Origin: Lytechinus pictus
Lineage: Eukaryota
Assembly: GCF_037042905.1 (NCBI RefSeq)
Contig: NC_087251.1
Location: forward strand, 35,900,001 to 35,964,000
Direction: 5' to 3'
Length of the DNA: 64,000 bases
Made by a program: the position numbers and the translations under genes. The stretch's first letter is position 1. Every line of letters starts with the position of its first letter. Under the pieces are notes generated by a model. The model was given only the letters and a program-made list of their open reading frames with translations. It was not told the origin of the DNA and did not search any database. Shown here one piece after another: positions 26,317-39,670 of this stretch.

Positions 26317-29300
26317 GTAATAGAAGAGAAAATCCTTAAAGCTTCTCATTTGATTGATATGATGTGTCTTTCTACACCTTGCCTGACATTTCTCCCAATG
26401 AGGTTTAACTAGATGTCTTTAAGATTCTGGCTTTTGATGCAGTCTCACCAACAAAGCCGACTCCAAACCGACTGATGACACATCATTGGATGTAAAAAGT
26501 ATAAGATATGGTCGGTCGACAGGCGGTTTCACCAATGTGGCTGTAGAGCGCACAAATGTGTATCCCTGAGAATGATGTAGTCTTTTTTTTTATCCACAAT
26601 ATGTTGTGGATGCTGAAATCTTATGAGTTTGTGTTGGAAGTAATCTGACACCAAGTGTAGTGATTGCCTTGACCTTCAGTAATTTGAGTGAAGTGCATTA
26701 TACAAGTAAAGGTGTGTATGGTTCAATCCCAATAATAAACACGCAATATTCCCACTAAAAAGGAGATCAAAACGGTGGTTGGCCACAGGCTATGATCACC
26801 ATAACAACAACTTGCCTCAATAATCAACAATGACTGATTTCCATGGCAACCAAATAGTTCACCCTAACAGAGGGTAGTGGGACGGAACAAACTCGATTGC
26901 CAAAATTGAAGAAGAATTGAGATTCATTGGTCCATATTGTGATTGATCCATGAACTTTTTTGTTCATTGATTTTCCCTTTTTTTTTGCTCCATCAAAATT
27001 GTTTGAGAAGGAGGAAGAGAAAGAGAGAGCACCCGGCAAGTCCCAATTTGCGTCTTTGGTCTGCCAAACAAAAGGTGGCATGTTTTCCTTTGCTGCGACA
27101 AAGGACGGGAAGTTGGGAAGGTAACAAAAAGAGAACAAACAAACCAGGTTGAGTTGCCATGGAAACTGAATAGAACAGGTCATGTGAGCAGAAATCTGTG
27201 TTTTGGTTTGACACCTTGTATTGTGGTATGAAAAAAGGGCAGTTTATTCTAGTGGAAGTGGACCCCCGAGCAAAGACCAACAAGAATGGTGAAACACCGA
27301 GAATGCTGACCCTTTTATTTTAGAAAGAAAAATTCATACTCCTTGCCAGGTTTTGATATTCAATTTCCCTGCTTTGTGAGCGAACCACCATGGTTTCGCA
27401 TTAAAAATTGTTTTTCTCAGTTGGCCATGTATCCGCCAGTTTCGTAATACGTTTTGACCTTAATAATGTGATGAAGAATATTCAATGAACATGACTGTAC
27501 TTTGAATTGGTTGCATGTAACATGATCGCACCATGCAGAGTTTGATATGTGAGACAGTACGCTCTCATGAGTTGATCTTCCACGAACTGGCTCAATATAG
27601 CCTATCACCTGTCACCTATCTCATTTGATTACTTTGTGTTTACTGCTTATTCCATTTTTATGTGCCGGACTTTGCTTTTCAAATTTTAGTTGGAAATTAA
27701 TTAGGTCCATGCGTATGTTGGACCCATGTGTAAACAAAATTATCAATGAGGTTTGGAAAATTAAATTCATTTCCTTTTCATCAAATTGATATATGTATGG
27801 ATACAAGTAATTTGTTACATGATTCACCAACTCTCATGTCAGATCGCGAAGTCTGGCCTACCACTGTTGATTCATTCTTGGATGCATCCGATATTTTTAG
27901 TTATGTAGTAGACTTGATTCCGTCATACTGACATCTACAAATACACAGGATTTCTGATAAAAAGAATGTGCCAAGGTATTGTGTAATAACTCTGAAATTA
28001 AAATATTGATAGATAATGGTGTGACATCGTTCAATCTGTCATGACTATTCTCATAAAATTCTTCATTCAGGTTGTCTTGCAGAATTGTTTTTCATGAACT
28101 AATGTAAGAATATTTAAAGAATACTGATAAGTGAAAAAATGAAATTTAAGATTTCCATAGTCCCTCATTGGCTTTCTTATTGGCTTTCTATCAGTCCATA
28201 ACACCATTAGCTCTAGACCTGCATACAGAAGTCATGATCCTGTCATTTAACCCAAACCTAAATCTCTCAATGCATGTATGAATGAAATATGTCCAGCGAG
28301 TCACACGGTTCACCTTTGAAGAATTTGCAATCCAGAGGTCAGATAATCATGTGTATATTATGCTATAAGGATAAAATGATAACAGGACAGGATATATATA
28401 CTGGACCTTGTAGTTGTAGGCCTACATGTATGCATTAGAGTTGAAAACATGATGTAAAGAATAGAGAATTTCATTATTAAGAAAGAATAGTATAGAGAGA
28501 ATATTTTAATGTTTTGTTTGATTAATGTGTAGGCCTAAATTATATCAGAGAAATAGTTGAGAAGAGAAGAATACAGGCATGGTGCAATATGGGGGGGGGG
28601 GAGATCTATGTAATGTAGGGGGTGATGCAACATTTGCTCTTGCGACATTTGCCCCGGTCTTAATATCTTAGCTAGAGGACATAGGGTTACAGTAGTTGAG
28701 TTTTTGTTCTGACTAATTTTAAGATAATGATAAGGGTTTATTTAGTGTTGGAGGATAAGTTTTATATTTGGTTAAACTTTTTTCCTTTGGAGCAATTGTC
28801 ACCAGAGCACATGTCATGGAAACCGTAGGGAGATGTGCAGAAGAGGTGGTGATGGTGGTGGTGAAGGGACTAATGGAAAAGAGGTAATTTCTAACAGAAT
28901 ATACATTGAGGCATCTTTTCTTACTTCCCAACAAAAACATGAAAGCATTAGAATTCCAATTTTGTTATGATTCAATATTATTTTGAAAATAAATCTAGCC
29001 TTGAAGATGATCACTTTGTCTGAAGGGAAAAAAGGGGGAAATGATCTCTAATCCATCAGACAAAAGCTTCACTTAATTCACCACTTCTCGAAACGACAGA
29101 AACCGGCTTTGACTTGTCTCTTCGCTTCAAGCCCTACTTATCGTGTCACATTTCATCTTGTTGCCAGCGTAAAGTAGAAGAGAAATAAAATGATAACTGT
29201 CTGAATAGATGCTTATTTCTTGTCATAAGCAATGGTTTATTGCCTGATGAGAATGTCTCTGGCCTTTGTGGCGAAATCGGAGAGGATCTCACACTTTTCT

Positions 29301-30662
29301 CTCCCAACAGAAGCTTCTCAAGTTTTATTGTATAGAGGCTAAGTTGGTTTGTGATCCCCTTGCTCTCTTGTTCGTGATAGTGTGTAAGATGAGTACGATA
29401 TATGTCACGTTTTGTGTACAGTCCAAGTCCACATACCCCACATTCCATGTAGAAATATTTTACAGTAAACAATATTGTATGATCAGCTCTGAAAGAGAAA
29501 CCCTATACAGTTGATGTGGCCATGCTGTGCTCTACCGAAAGCAAGATTGAATGTCGTCATTCACATAGGTTGTCATCGTGTTTATTTGTGGTATGTTAGT
29601 GTGTGATTGAGGGTGCTGGCGTTCATGTGAATGTTATGTTGCAATATCAAATTAAGTGATGATACATTTTGTTTCATTGTGAATTTTAAAAAGTTTTCTA
29701 TTACGTTCCATAGCTATGAATATTGTAATTGCTGATGGTTTATTTCAATTAAAACTTAGATTAAAAAAGTTTCATAGTTATTATAATTTGGGGATAATTC
29801 ATTTGTCAAAATTATCCAAATCGGCAAATTCATCTTGTATATATACAAAACAGAAGAAATTAAAAAAAAATGGGATCTATATAAAATAGAAAAAATACAT
29901 CCCCATGGGCAGTTCTATCTTTAAGTCTAAAAAAAGTAAAATCAAATAAAAGATAACTCAATCATGCAATAAAGATCATGAGAGTGCAAGCCCATATAGC
30001 TTCCCGATTTATTGTGCTCCAAAATCTTTTTGATTTCCAAATTAATGAAAAGTCTGACCCTGTTCAAACAGCCTACCTGCCAAACCTTAAAAACCACCGC
30101 TCTCTCTCTCTTTCTCTCTTTCTTTTCATTATTGTGATGTCATGGTCTGTAAAGGCCAATGCCACGGTGGCATACAATTCAATCATTGCCATGTTATATA
30201 GATTGGGCTGTTCCTAACTTACCGTTAGTTTAATGAGTTGGTGGAGAAGCCCTTGTCATGCAAATGATGGGGGCAGGGCTTAGCCTGCTTTGGCAGCACA
30301 GGGGTGCAGCATTGCACCCAACTCTGAGTTTTGGTACTGCCAGCACACAACCCAAAATCTCAGTCCTCAGAACTTTGGTTTCACCTGGTATAGTTACTGA
30401 AAGGATTTTTAAAAAATGGAATGGATAACTTTTCTTCGCATGGTGAGATTTAATATCGTTTTTTTTTTATCAGGAAAGTCTTTTGAACGAAGGGATAAGA
30501 GGAAAGGAAGGAAGATTGGAAAGATAAGGGGAAATATTGAAAAGTGCTTTTGTGAAAAGATTTTCTTTGTTAGTTTTATCGTGCAGCGTATAGAATTAAA
30601 GTTGAAAGCTTTATGATTATTTTTCTTTCTTTCTTTCTTTGTCCAGGTGGTGACCAGCCACC

Positions 30663-31238
30663 ATGCCTCCTAATCGCAAGCCAGAAGACACTCTCTTGAA
30701 GAAACCCCTCACGCTGGGTCTCAGCCAAAGTTTCCCCAGTTCTGCGTTATCGACTGCACTGAAACAAGTCAAAATCGAGATGGAGGATACAGATTTGCCC
30801 GACCTGAGCAGCAGCTGCTTTGGAGCCATTCGAATGGACAAGGGCCCGCTGGACGACGATGAACTGAAGCCCCTCGGGTGGTTGCACACCACGAATGTTC
30901 TTAAAGACATCAATTTGGACGATGATGATGACGACGATGAGTCGTACTCGAAGGAAAACGACGTTGGTAGCAATACGTATAATGGTTATGGATACCAGGA
31001 CGATCCTATGGACCCACATCGACATATTAACAGCAAACCTCCTTTTTCCTTCAGCTGCCTCATATTCATGTCGATAGAGGACTGCCCTCTAAAGCGTCTT
31101 CCCGTCAAGGAAATCTACAGGTACATTCAGGATCACTTTCCATACTTCCGCACGGCGCCTACGGGCTGGAAGAACTCAGTGCGACACAATCTCTCTCTCA
31201 ACAAGTGCTTCCGAAAAGTCGACAAAATCAAGGGACAA
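30663..31238 (+). CDS. foxN2/3: FoxN2/3 forkhead transcription factor, first coding exon (192 codons; exon begins at 30647 with 16 nt of 5'UTR)
   Basis: Polypyrimidine tract plus acceptor gtccag ends at 30646. Perfect Kozak GCCACCATG with an in-frame TGA just upstream. Encodes [11 protein letters not shown] (cf. the FoxN EELTNLNWL motif), an acidic run, and the forkhead N-terminal part [64 protein letters not shown]. Phase-0 donor CAA|GTAAGT at 31239. The ORF-track tail after KGQ is intron read-through. Confidence 0.96.
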
Positions 31239-34200
31239 GTAAGTTTTAGTGAAATATTTTTGTGCAAAAATGTTCTCTTTTCATTTCCTGGGCTGGAAAT
31301 GTCCATTTTCTTGGCAGGAAATATCCATGGCGATTGTGAATGGAGTACTCAAATTATTTTTAAGTATAGTAAAATTCCCCTTGTTCACCTCTGCAGTTAT
31401 TCAATTCTATTTCGTTTGAGAAATAGAATGACGGCATGAAAAATAATAAATTGGGATGCTGAATTTATGTCATGAAATCCAAAGTCATTTTCAACAAAGT
31501 ACGGCTTGAAAAGTATCCAAAGATCAAAATAAAAATATAATGGTAAATGTAAAAGTGAAAATAATATATAGCGCTTTGAAAAACAATAAAAGGGAGAAAA
31601 AAATATGGCACTAAGTTTTCCTTATTTTGATGATGTCCTCTGGCTTGATTGCTTCGCTAAAAACAACGAAAACATCCCATTGCTCTTCATCATGGCTGCC
31701 ATTTTTTACTCACTTCCTGCTGGCTGAGAGTGCAGGCAACTTTGATTTGATTGCCATGGCAACCGATGCATGGTTGCTATGGGGACTAATGTGAGTGTGA
31801 CTTCCATCGTTGGGTTACTTCCAGGCCAAACGAATGCAGCCAGGAACGGCCCGTCAAGAGATAATGGGAGCTGCCTTCAACTTGACTTGCCTCATTTCTC
31901 CCTCAAAGTTTATGTGATTGGCTTTCTTTCTTTTTCCTTTCTTTTTTTTTCCGTTGATTTTGATCTTCTTTTATCAATATCATGGATTTGTTTCATCTTT
32001 TGAGAGAATATATGCTAGATTATTGCAATTTGAGGGTTGTTTTGAAATATTTTTTTTAGAATTTAGATTTTCTCTCAAAGATTACTTTGTGCATCATTTT
32101 ATTTTTTAAGTTTCTCTTTTAATTTTGCTGTCATTTCTCAAAGTTTTTGTGATGGATTTTCTTTATTCTCATTGATATTGAATACCTGAGAAGGTAGAAT
32201 CTTGATTATTGCATTTTTTTTGTGAACATTTTCTTGAGAATTAAGACTCTCTGTCCAAGATTATTTTTCCTTCAACATTTTTTTTCTTCAAGTTTATCTT
32301 TCTTTTTGCTCTCAATGCATGGAGGGGATTTGATTTTCTGAATGTAATGCCTCTAGAAGTACTTCCTTTCTTCACATTTATCTTCATTTCTTCTTTATTT
32401 GTCAGTTAGACTTGCATTTAAAGATGCAATATACCCTGATATGAAATTAATTTGAATGAAAAAAATGTCAAATAAAACAAGCATAGCCATATAAAGAAAA
32501 GATTTTGTCAAGATCATGCTTAACATGGGCAATACATGTAGGCCCATTTTCTTTCTGTATTTTAAATTCAATATTTAAATTCAAATTAGTTTATTTTTTT
32601 GATATGAACTTTGTTTCACATTAACAATATTGAAAAATTTACATCAAATTATGTTAATATTACTAGTAATTGAAGTGAAAAATCAGAAATATGAAATTCT
32701 TGCAATGATTTTAAATGTTAACCAACCTTCATTTATATATATGAATATAATGGGTCGGAAAGACTCTGAATATATATAAATTAATTCATGGGATTGTACA
32801 CTTGTTTACCCAAACTTACATGTTTATCTGGGATCGGTGATGGAAAAACAATTCTGAAGCTTTGCGACCTATCAGATGTGTTGCATAAGTAAGCTGATGA
32901 CATAGCATTTATTTTTATTTTTTGCATAGAAAATGCCTGTGCGTGCTGCATTGTACTATATCAACAATTACTTTTGGGGGCGTGGCTTCATCTTCCAACC
33001 AATGGTAGAAGTTTTGTTGGTTCCCCTTTTTTTTTGGCAGTCATTAGGAAGTTAGATCTCAATGTGTGCTGATTTACGTTGAGGAATGACACAAACTGAC
33101 AAATATTAGCTGTGGGTGGAGGTGAGAGAGAGAGGGAAAGAGAAGGTGAAATAGAGACAGGGATGTTTATCAGGATAACGATTATCAAATACCAAGTTGA
33201 ATGGAGGATTTGGTTCATTTAGCACTGACTTTTTTGTCAAAATATGCCTTTTGCATGAAAATATTCAGGCTTTTCCCCCACATTCTAGTTCTTTTCCAGA
33301 AGCTGTTGTCAGTATAGCACTTAAAAATCACAACCCACAGTTTAGCTTGTACTTCACTAGCGGTACAGTTCAAAACTGCTGCTTCAAGTGATCAATTAGG
33401 AAGTTTGCAAAGTTTTGTTAATTTTTCTTTTCATTTGATATCATTTTCTAAGGGGTAAATCAAATTTTCATGTCTCTTTGCATATTGTACTTATCTTGTG
33501 AAGATCATTATTTTCCTTCATTTCTTTACTTTACACTTCTCTTAATTTTTTCTAATGATCTTGCTTTTGGTTTGGAGATTAAGAGTTCACTCATTAACTA
33601 TCATTTGGTTTGCAAAAAAAAAGTACAATTATTTGGTTTCGAGAACAAATAATTTTTCTTTTGTATAGTCACATCTCTAATCAAATAAAAGCTTTACAAG
33701 GTACTGTAGTAGCATCGCTATTTTTTATTATTCCATTGGTTAGTCAGGTTGAGGAAGCTTTTCACAGGAGTGTTGCAAGAATTAAATACTTGTGTTTTAA
33801 TGTTTTGTGAAAGAGTTCCTCATTCAAGGTTCCTCTTTCGAATGACTTCCCAGAATGAAATAATGATAGATAAATATGACTGGTTTGAGAAAATATTCTC
33901 CTTTTTTCATGAATTGTTGATATGCTCTAATTAAAATCCATTTATCATTTGACAAAAGAAATATCATGAGTGTGAAATATTACCCTATCAAAAATAGGTT
34001 TAGGTTTTTCCTTGTTTATATAATTTGTGTCATATGGCTGGAACATACATTGGAATTAAATCATATCAGTGTCACTTTGTGCCAAATTACATATGGAGGA
34101 TTTATTATGATATAAATCTCAGTAGGTATACATGTAAAGTGTATGTTCATATACAGACCTGGGAACTCTTTCATGTTGTATTTACGTAAATGTAGGCTTT

Positions 34201-37146
34201 GTTTGATCAAGGTATGCGTCTATTGTTATATGATAGCAATTTTAAAGTTTATTTTACCTTAATCCAAGGGGCGTTTTCCTGCAGGGGCATAGAAAAGGAT
34301 AAAGAACCGGAAAAGTGTAATAATAGTTTATAGTTTTATGATCATCAAGATGATTAACACAGATTTGGAGTTATACACTAATGTTATGTAAAGAATAATA
34401 TTGTTATGTAAATCAATTCATGCTGTATGATACATGTACACGCAGTGTAACTCCATATTTTACAAAAGGAAAGTCAAAGATCAAACAGCCATGTCCCTTT
34501 TTTTTTGCATTAATAACTTTGATAATGTTTTTGCCCTGGAATAAAGCTATCTGCATGTATGAAAGGTCATCTTTTATACCTTGTAAATGAAAAAAAAAAC
34601 ATTTATTTGGGAGATATCTTGATTTGTTGATTGAATTGATATTTTTTATAACTGGTGGATGATATATGGTCTGTCACATTGAGGTGAAAATGCTTCCTCC
34701 ATTTATCCAATGTGTATTATGTATGCCTGTGCTTTACAAATAGAATTTATACATTTCATAATTGAAAAATTAAAAAAAAATATATATTTTTTGTTGTTGG
34801 GGGATATGCTTATGCTTTATGTTAAGGTTGCATTTAAGAAATGCCAATTGCCCCCCCCCTCCACCTCAAATCATTTTCTGAAATTAAATTTACAGATTAT
34901 AGTATAATAATATATGAGCAAATAGTTACTCAACTACAAAGTATGTTATTACCTTCACCTCACATGTAGGCCTATATGTAAGCCCTATAATAGTTCATTT
35001 CTTCATCTGTGAAGGCAATCATGTTTGTCTGTATGCACAAAGTAAAAAACAGCAAATAATGCTAGATATACAAACTAATGTTTGCCAAAGGAAGGACAGA
35101 AAAAATGTTGTTGGTCTACATAGCCTACAGCATTACCCAATTTATTCGGTATCAGTAATTGAAATTTTAGGAATAAGTGTAATTTTACTCGAGTTACACG
35201 TTGGTGACGAGGGAGAGGTCAGGCAGGACATGAGCCCATATTGGCCTGTGCCTTTGACCAATAGTAATATATGTTCGAAGTCTACTTCATATTCATTGTT
35301 TTCAGCCTCGGATCTCCTGACTTCCTCTCAATCCCTGATATATATGTGTCAAGTTGGAGCTAAAATACCATTAGAAGAACTTGGTAGAAGTATTTTAGAT
35401 GTAATAGAAGAAAAATTTTACAAATTATTCTTTAAGGAAATCTTCATTCTGAATCCATGCTCTTCTCTTAGTTTGCAAAAAAAAAAAACCTCTTTCCTTC
35501 CTAAGGAACAATACTGTATTCTTAAAATAAAGGTCAAACAGGGGATGTGGTATCAAAATATGCCCATGGTAGAACTAATTTAACAAGTACATCTCCAATA
35601 AAGAACAAAGAACTGGTGTCGATGTTTACCGTTGTTTATATTATCGCCATAGCAACTGACCCGCTTTCCCCCTTCACCTGCCTATGAAGGCCCAACAAAG
35701 TAAAAATGATGATAGCAAACAAAGGCCATGCAATTTGGGGTCATTAACTGGCACGGCACTGAAAAGTGTTCAATTTTTTTAGTCATTGTGAGATGAGAAT
35801 GTGCATGTAATTGGTATGCTTTTTTCACTGAAACATTTTCAGAACATAATTTCAGCTGCTATGATAATTCACCCCCCCCTTTCAATTTATTGTTACCAAT
35901 TAAGTACATGAGGTTAGAAGAACTTCATGTACTAAAAAGGAAAATTGTTTTATTGATACCATTATGCAGTATGATATAAGTACAACTGCAGAGCACCTCC
36001 AGATCTGTTCAATAGTTTGATAATGGGCTCAATTTTTTTAAATATAATTTCGGAATTTTTATTTTTTATAATTAGGGAATTTTTATTATAGTGCATATCA
36101 CTCACACAAGAGCGTCCCTATGCACTCATGGAACAGAGAATTTGAAGTTCAGTTGGTTACAGTATATCAATTCTATTTGGGCATTTATTAGGTGGATCGC
36201 TCTAATAATCTGGTTTCTTAATTCATGCCATTGTCAGACCTCCTACCAGTCTGAATTTGAACTGTTTACCATTCTGAAATCTTGTTCTGATAAGGTTTTC
36301 CTAATTTTCTAGATAACTCCAACTAGAAATATGATTCTTTTCTAATATTTTTAAAGCAAAATCATCACTATTTTATAGTTCTGTGGTTTTGGAAGTTCTG
36401 CATTATGTTGGATTTTAGTGGAAAAAAACCTAACACTCTCTGATATATATATTTTGTTCAAAGTAGTCATTAACTGGCTATCATATGACCTTGCTTTCAT
36501 TGTCATCTTTGGACTTCACTTTCGATAGGCAATAATGCATGTAGTAGGCCTAGCATGGAGGCTGTATTTGGCTGTATAGGCATATTTCTATTAGTCATTT
36601 GTCCAGTACAGGAATTCAGAATTGCATAGAGCATCATGGCTCCTTTACTACAAGGAAGTGTCTTATTTCCTCTACCATTAAGCATTCATTGTCTTGGAAA
36701 CTCAAGGGTTAATTGGAAGAGGAGGTGATTGGATAATGCATATATAGAGGTGCTTTGACACCCACCCTGCCGCAAAAACACCTTAATTTGGGAGAACCTA
36801 TTCAAGCCTGATTTATTATGTGTGCTTTTACCCTCTCAAACCAGATACAGTTCCTGTATTAATGAGCTATTAACATGACGTGCTTAAATGCTTATTCCTC
36901 TTGCCTCGCATCTAAAGGTCTCGTTATTTTCTTTCGCAATGAAAAAAATCCCATGACCTTGGAGAAATTCTCTGCAAAGATTCTTGTAATTTTAGAATAC
37001 TAATGTACCGGTATATATAGGCCTATTGAATATTGAAAGAAAAGAGCATAGGGTGAAGTAATATTATTTTTTTATCATACACATGAAAACTATCTTCTTT
37101 CAGTTATCATATGATGTTTAATGAAACATAAGATCACCCTGACTCC

Positions 37147-37270
37147 GGTGAGCATTTCATGAAAAGTGTTGTCATTCATTCTCACTGACTATTGTTATAA
37201 GCTATAGGAAATCCTTGCATCTGATTGGCTGAGAGCAAATTAGTTGGTGAAAATCACAGATGTAAACCCC
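37147..37270. mobile_element. CCAAT-containing short MITE, opposite orientation
   Basis: GAGCATTTCATGAA start and AATCCTTGCATCTGATTGGCTGAGAGCAAATT body are homologous to 56576-56715. Degenerate relatives lie near 8960-9015 and 48000-48090. Confidence 0.65.
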
Positions 37271-39529
37271 CCATGACACACACCCTGGATGAGCCAGTGA
37301 GAGTGTAAGATGAGAGCAAATGTGCTCTGGGAAAAGGAGTGCAAGTAAAGAAAGAAAGGAGTGGAGAAAAAGAAGGCTAAGATGACAGAAGAAAATCTGG
37401 AGAAACGTGGAGTACATGACAGGAGTGGTATGCAAAGAAAAGAGCAGAGAGGAAAGCAAAAAGACGCCTTTCCGGAAATCTAGAGAGCATGGCTCATCCC
37501 TTCAGATATCTTGAGCAGCATCCCTCTGTTCCCTCTCAGGCATGGTTACCATGGTGATGCTTCCATCTTCTCTATCCTCCACCTGTGTGCTAGTCGTGGG
37601 ATACAGCCCTGCACATTCTCATAGAATTGATCCATGCTTAGAATTTAGAAAAAAAAAGAAGAAGAAGATTTCAGTCAGGAATAAGTTAATGAATCTAGAA
37701 TTAAGAACTGATGATAAGAACCTTGCAAGTCAGTTTCGAAAGTTTCTGTGGCAGAGAATCAGCAATATACTGTAGAGGCTTCACATTACACCATCTATTG
37801 TGGGCATGTATTTACCCTAGTTGGGGTAGATTGTTCTTTTTCAGCTAATAAGGTATTTTTGTAATTCGAGTAGGTCTGACAGCACTGAAAGATATATAGT
37901 ATATCATCAAGACTCTTCATCAAAATAACCTGTAATTTTTTGTTCAGCATGGTGTGAAGCACATGGAAGTGCTTCAATTAAAGCAAAAGGGCAGAGATTT
38001 TTACTAGAAAACTGCTAGAACGCAAGGCTATTCCTCTTCCTGTCCTGTCCAGAGAAGACTGCCGTTGCCTAGCAATGAAAGCACCCTAGCAACCGTTGGC
38101 TTACTCAGCTTGTGACAGATGAGGTCAGTGGTTAGTTACCTGGGACATGAATTACTGTTTTTTCACACTTTCTCTGTATTTTTGTGTTAATTTCCCTTAT
38201 TTCAACTTGGCCCTTTCTTTGACTTGATCAGGAAGAAGCTTTCAAAACAAGGCCAGCAAACTTCCTTGTTTTCGCTATCGGTTTTGTTTCTGCCTTCCCC
38301 TCTCATGTGGAATTTGTAATATGAGGAAACGTACTGAAAATTTCCTGGTGGAGAATACAGTTTTTCTTCTCCCTTTCTCTCTTTTCCTTTATCTCATTTT
38401 TCCTTTTCTCCTTTTTCCTTATACCTCCTCATTTTCTCAATTTTGTTTTGTTTCTTGGTGTTTTTTTTTTAATTTTGCTGAAGTTATCTATAATTACTAA
38501 AATAAAGAAAGTACATAGGAAAAATTTTTTTGCATTGATTGAATAACTTGTAGATTTATTTCTATTTTATTTGAAATATGAATGCCCAAGCATAGCTTAG
38601 CTCCCTGTATTATTTTGTTGCTAAATGCTAAAGTGTATTTCTTTTTGATGTATGAATATGTGGTATTTAAAGGTGTTCTTGCACTGAGATGATGACATGT
38701 CCAAGTGCCATTTATCCATTAAGTATAACAAAATCCTGTGAAACAGAATATTTAGATTAAAATTGTCACTAGTCTTTGATGTGTGTTTTGTTTTTGGGGT
38801 TCATTAGAATATAGATTGTAATACCAATTCCACCCTCCTTCCTTAGAACCAAATGCATAGTCAGAACAATGCATTAAAGGCACTTAGAACCAACGGCCAG
38901 CTGCGAGTGTATAGTTTATTCCAAAAGACCTTTAAAAGGTAACTTGATTAAAATACTTGGGTTTTGCAGCAATCTTTGAGACAGTATACTTTCTCATTCT
39001 CATTTGGTTAGCAATATTTTCTTGTAATCAAGTATCCAAAATTACAATTGTCACTCAAGTGGTTTCGTTTGAATTTGAGTAGCAATGCCAGAGTCTTATT
39101 GAGCAAGACCAGCGAACTTCCTTAAACAAAGGAATCGAGACTTTACAACAATGAGGGTCTAGGGTATATGTTAAAAAACCAGCACCAAGCTGTTGTTTGG
39201 TTCTGTTGTCATGGAAACCAAGCAAATTACAGAGATGATGCCCCGGAGCTGTAGCAAGATTACTTCTCAGATTTCCTTCTTTCATTGTGTTTTCTCTCTT
39301 TCTTTCTTGCACTTCAAATTCATTTTGGTATGAAGTCTGTTTCTCTTCATTATTTCTGATAGGCTTGCTGGTAGTTAAACCCAGGCAGCATGCACAGTTG
39401 ATGGACAACGCTGCATTTTTTTTTATATAGTGGCAATACAGAATCTGATATTTCATATTGTGTTTCTTGCAGCTATGACTGACTGATTGCCTTTGTGGTC
39501 AAAAGTGCATCCCACTCTTCTTTTATTAT

Positions 39530-39670
39530 CCCACCCCTTCTCTTTTACCCCATCTCTCTCTTTCCTCCTCCTCTTCCTCCTCCTCCTCCCCTCTTTTTCT
39601 ATCACACCATCTATTTTCCTTGCCTCTTTGTTTCTCCCTCTCCCTTCCTCCTTTTCTCTGTTCCTCTGTG
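39530..39670. repeat. Polypyrimidine (CT/CCT) low-complexity tract
   Basis: About 140 bp almost devoid of G and A on the + strand. Confidence 0.85.

Noticed and set aside
31239..31439. C-terminal 66 aa of the 258-aa ORF
   Set aside because: Read-through past the GTAAGT donor. Forkhead similarity resumes at 41499.
35059..35583. 174-aa intronic ORF
   Set aside because: No motif, no splice support, and AT-rich low-complexity composition. The same applies to 748-1224 and 59108-59602.
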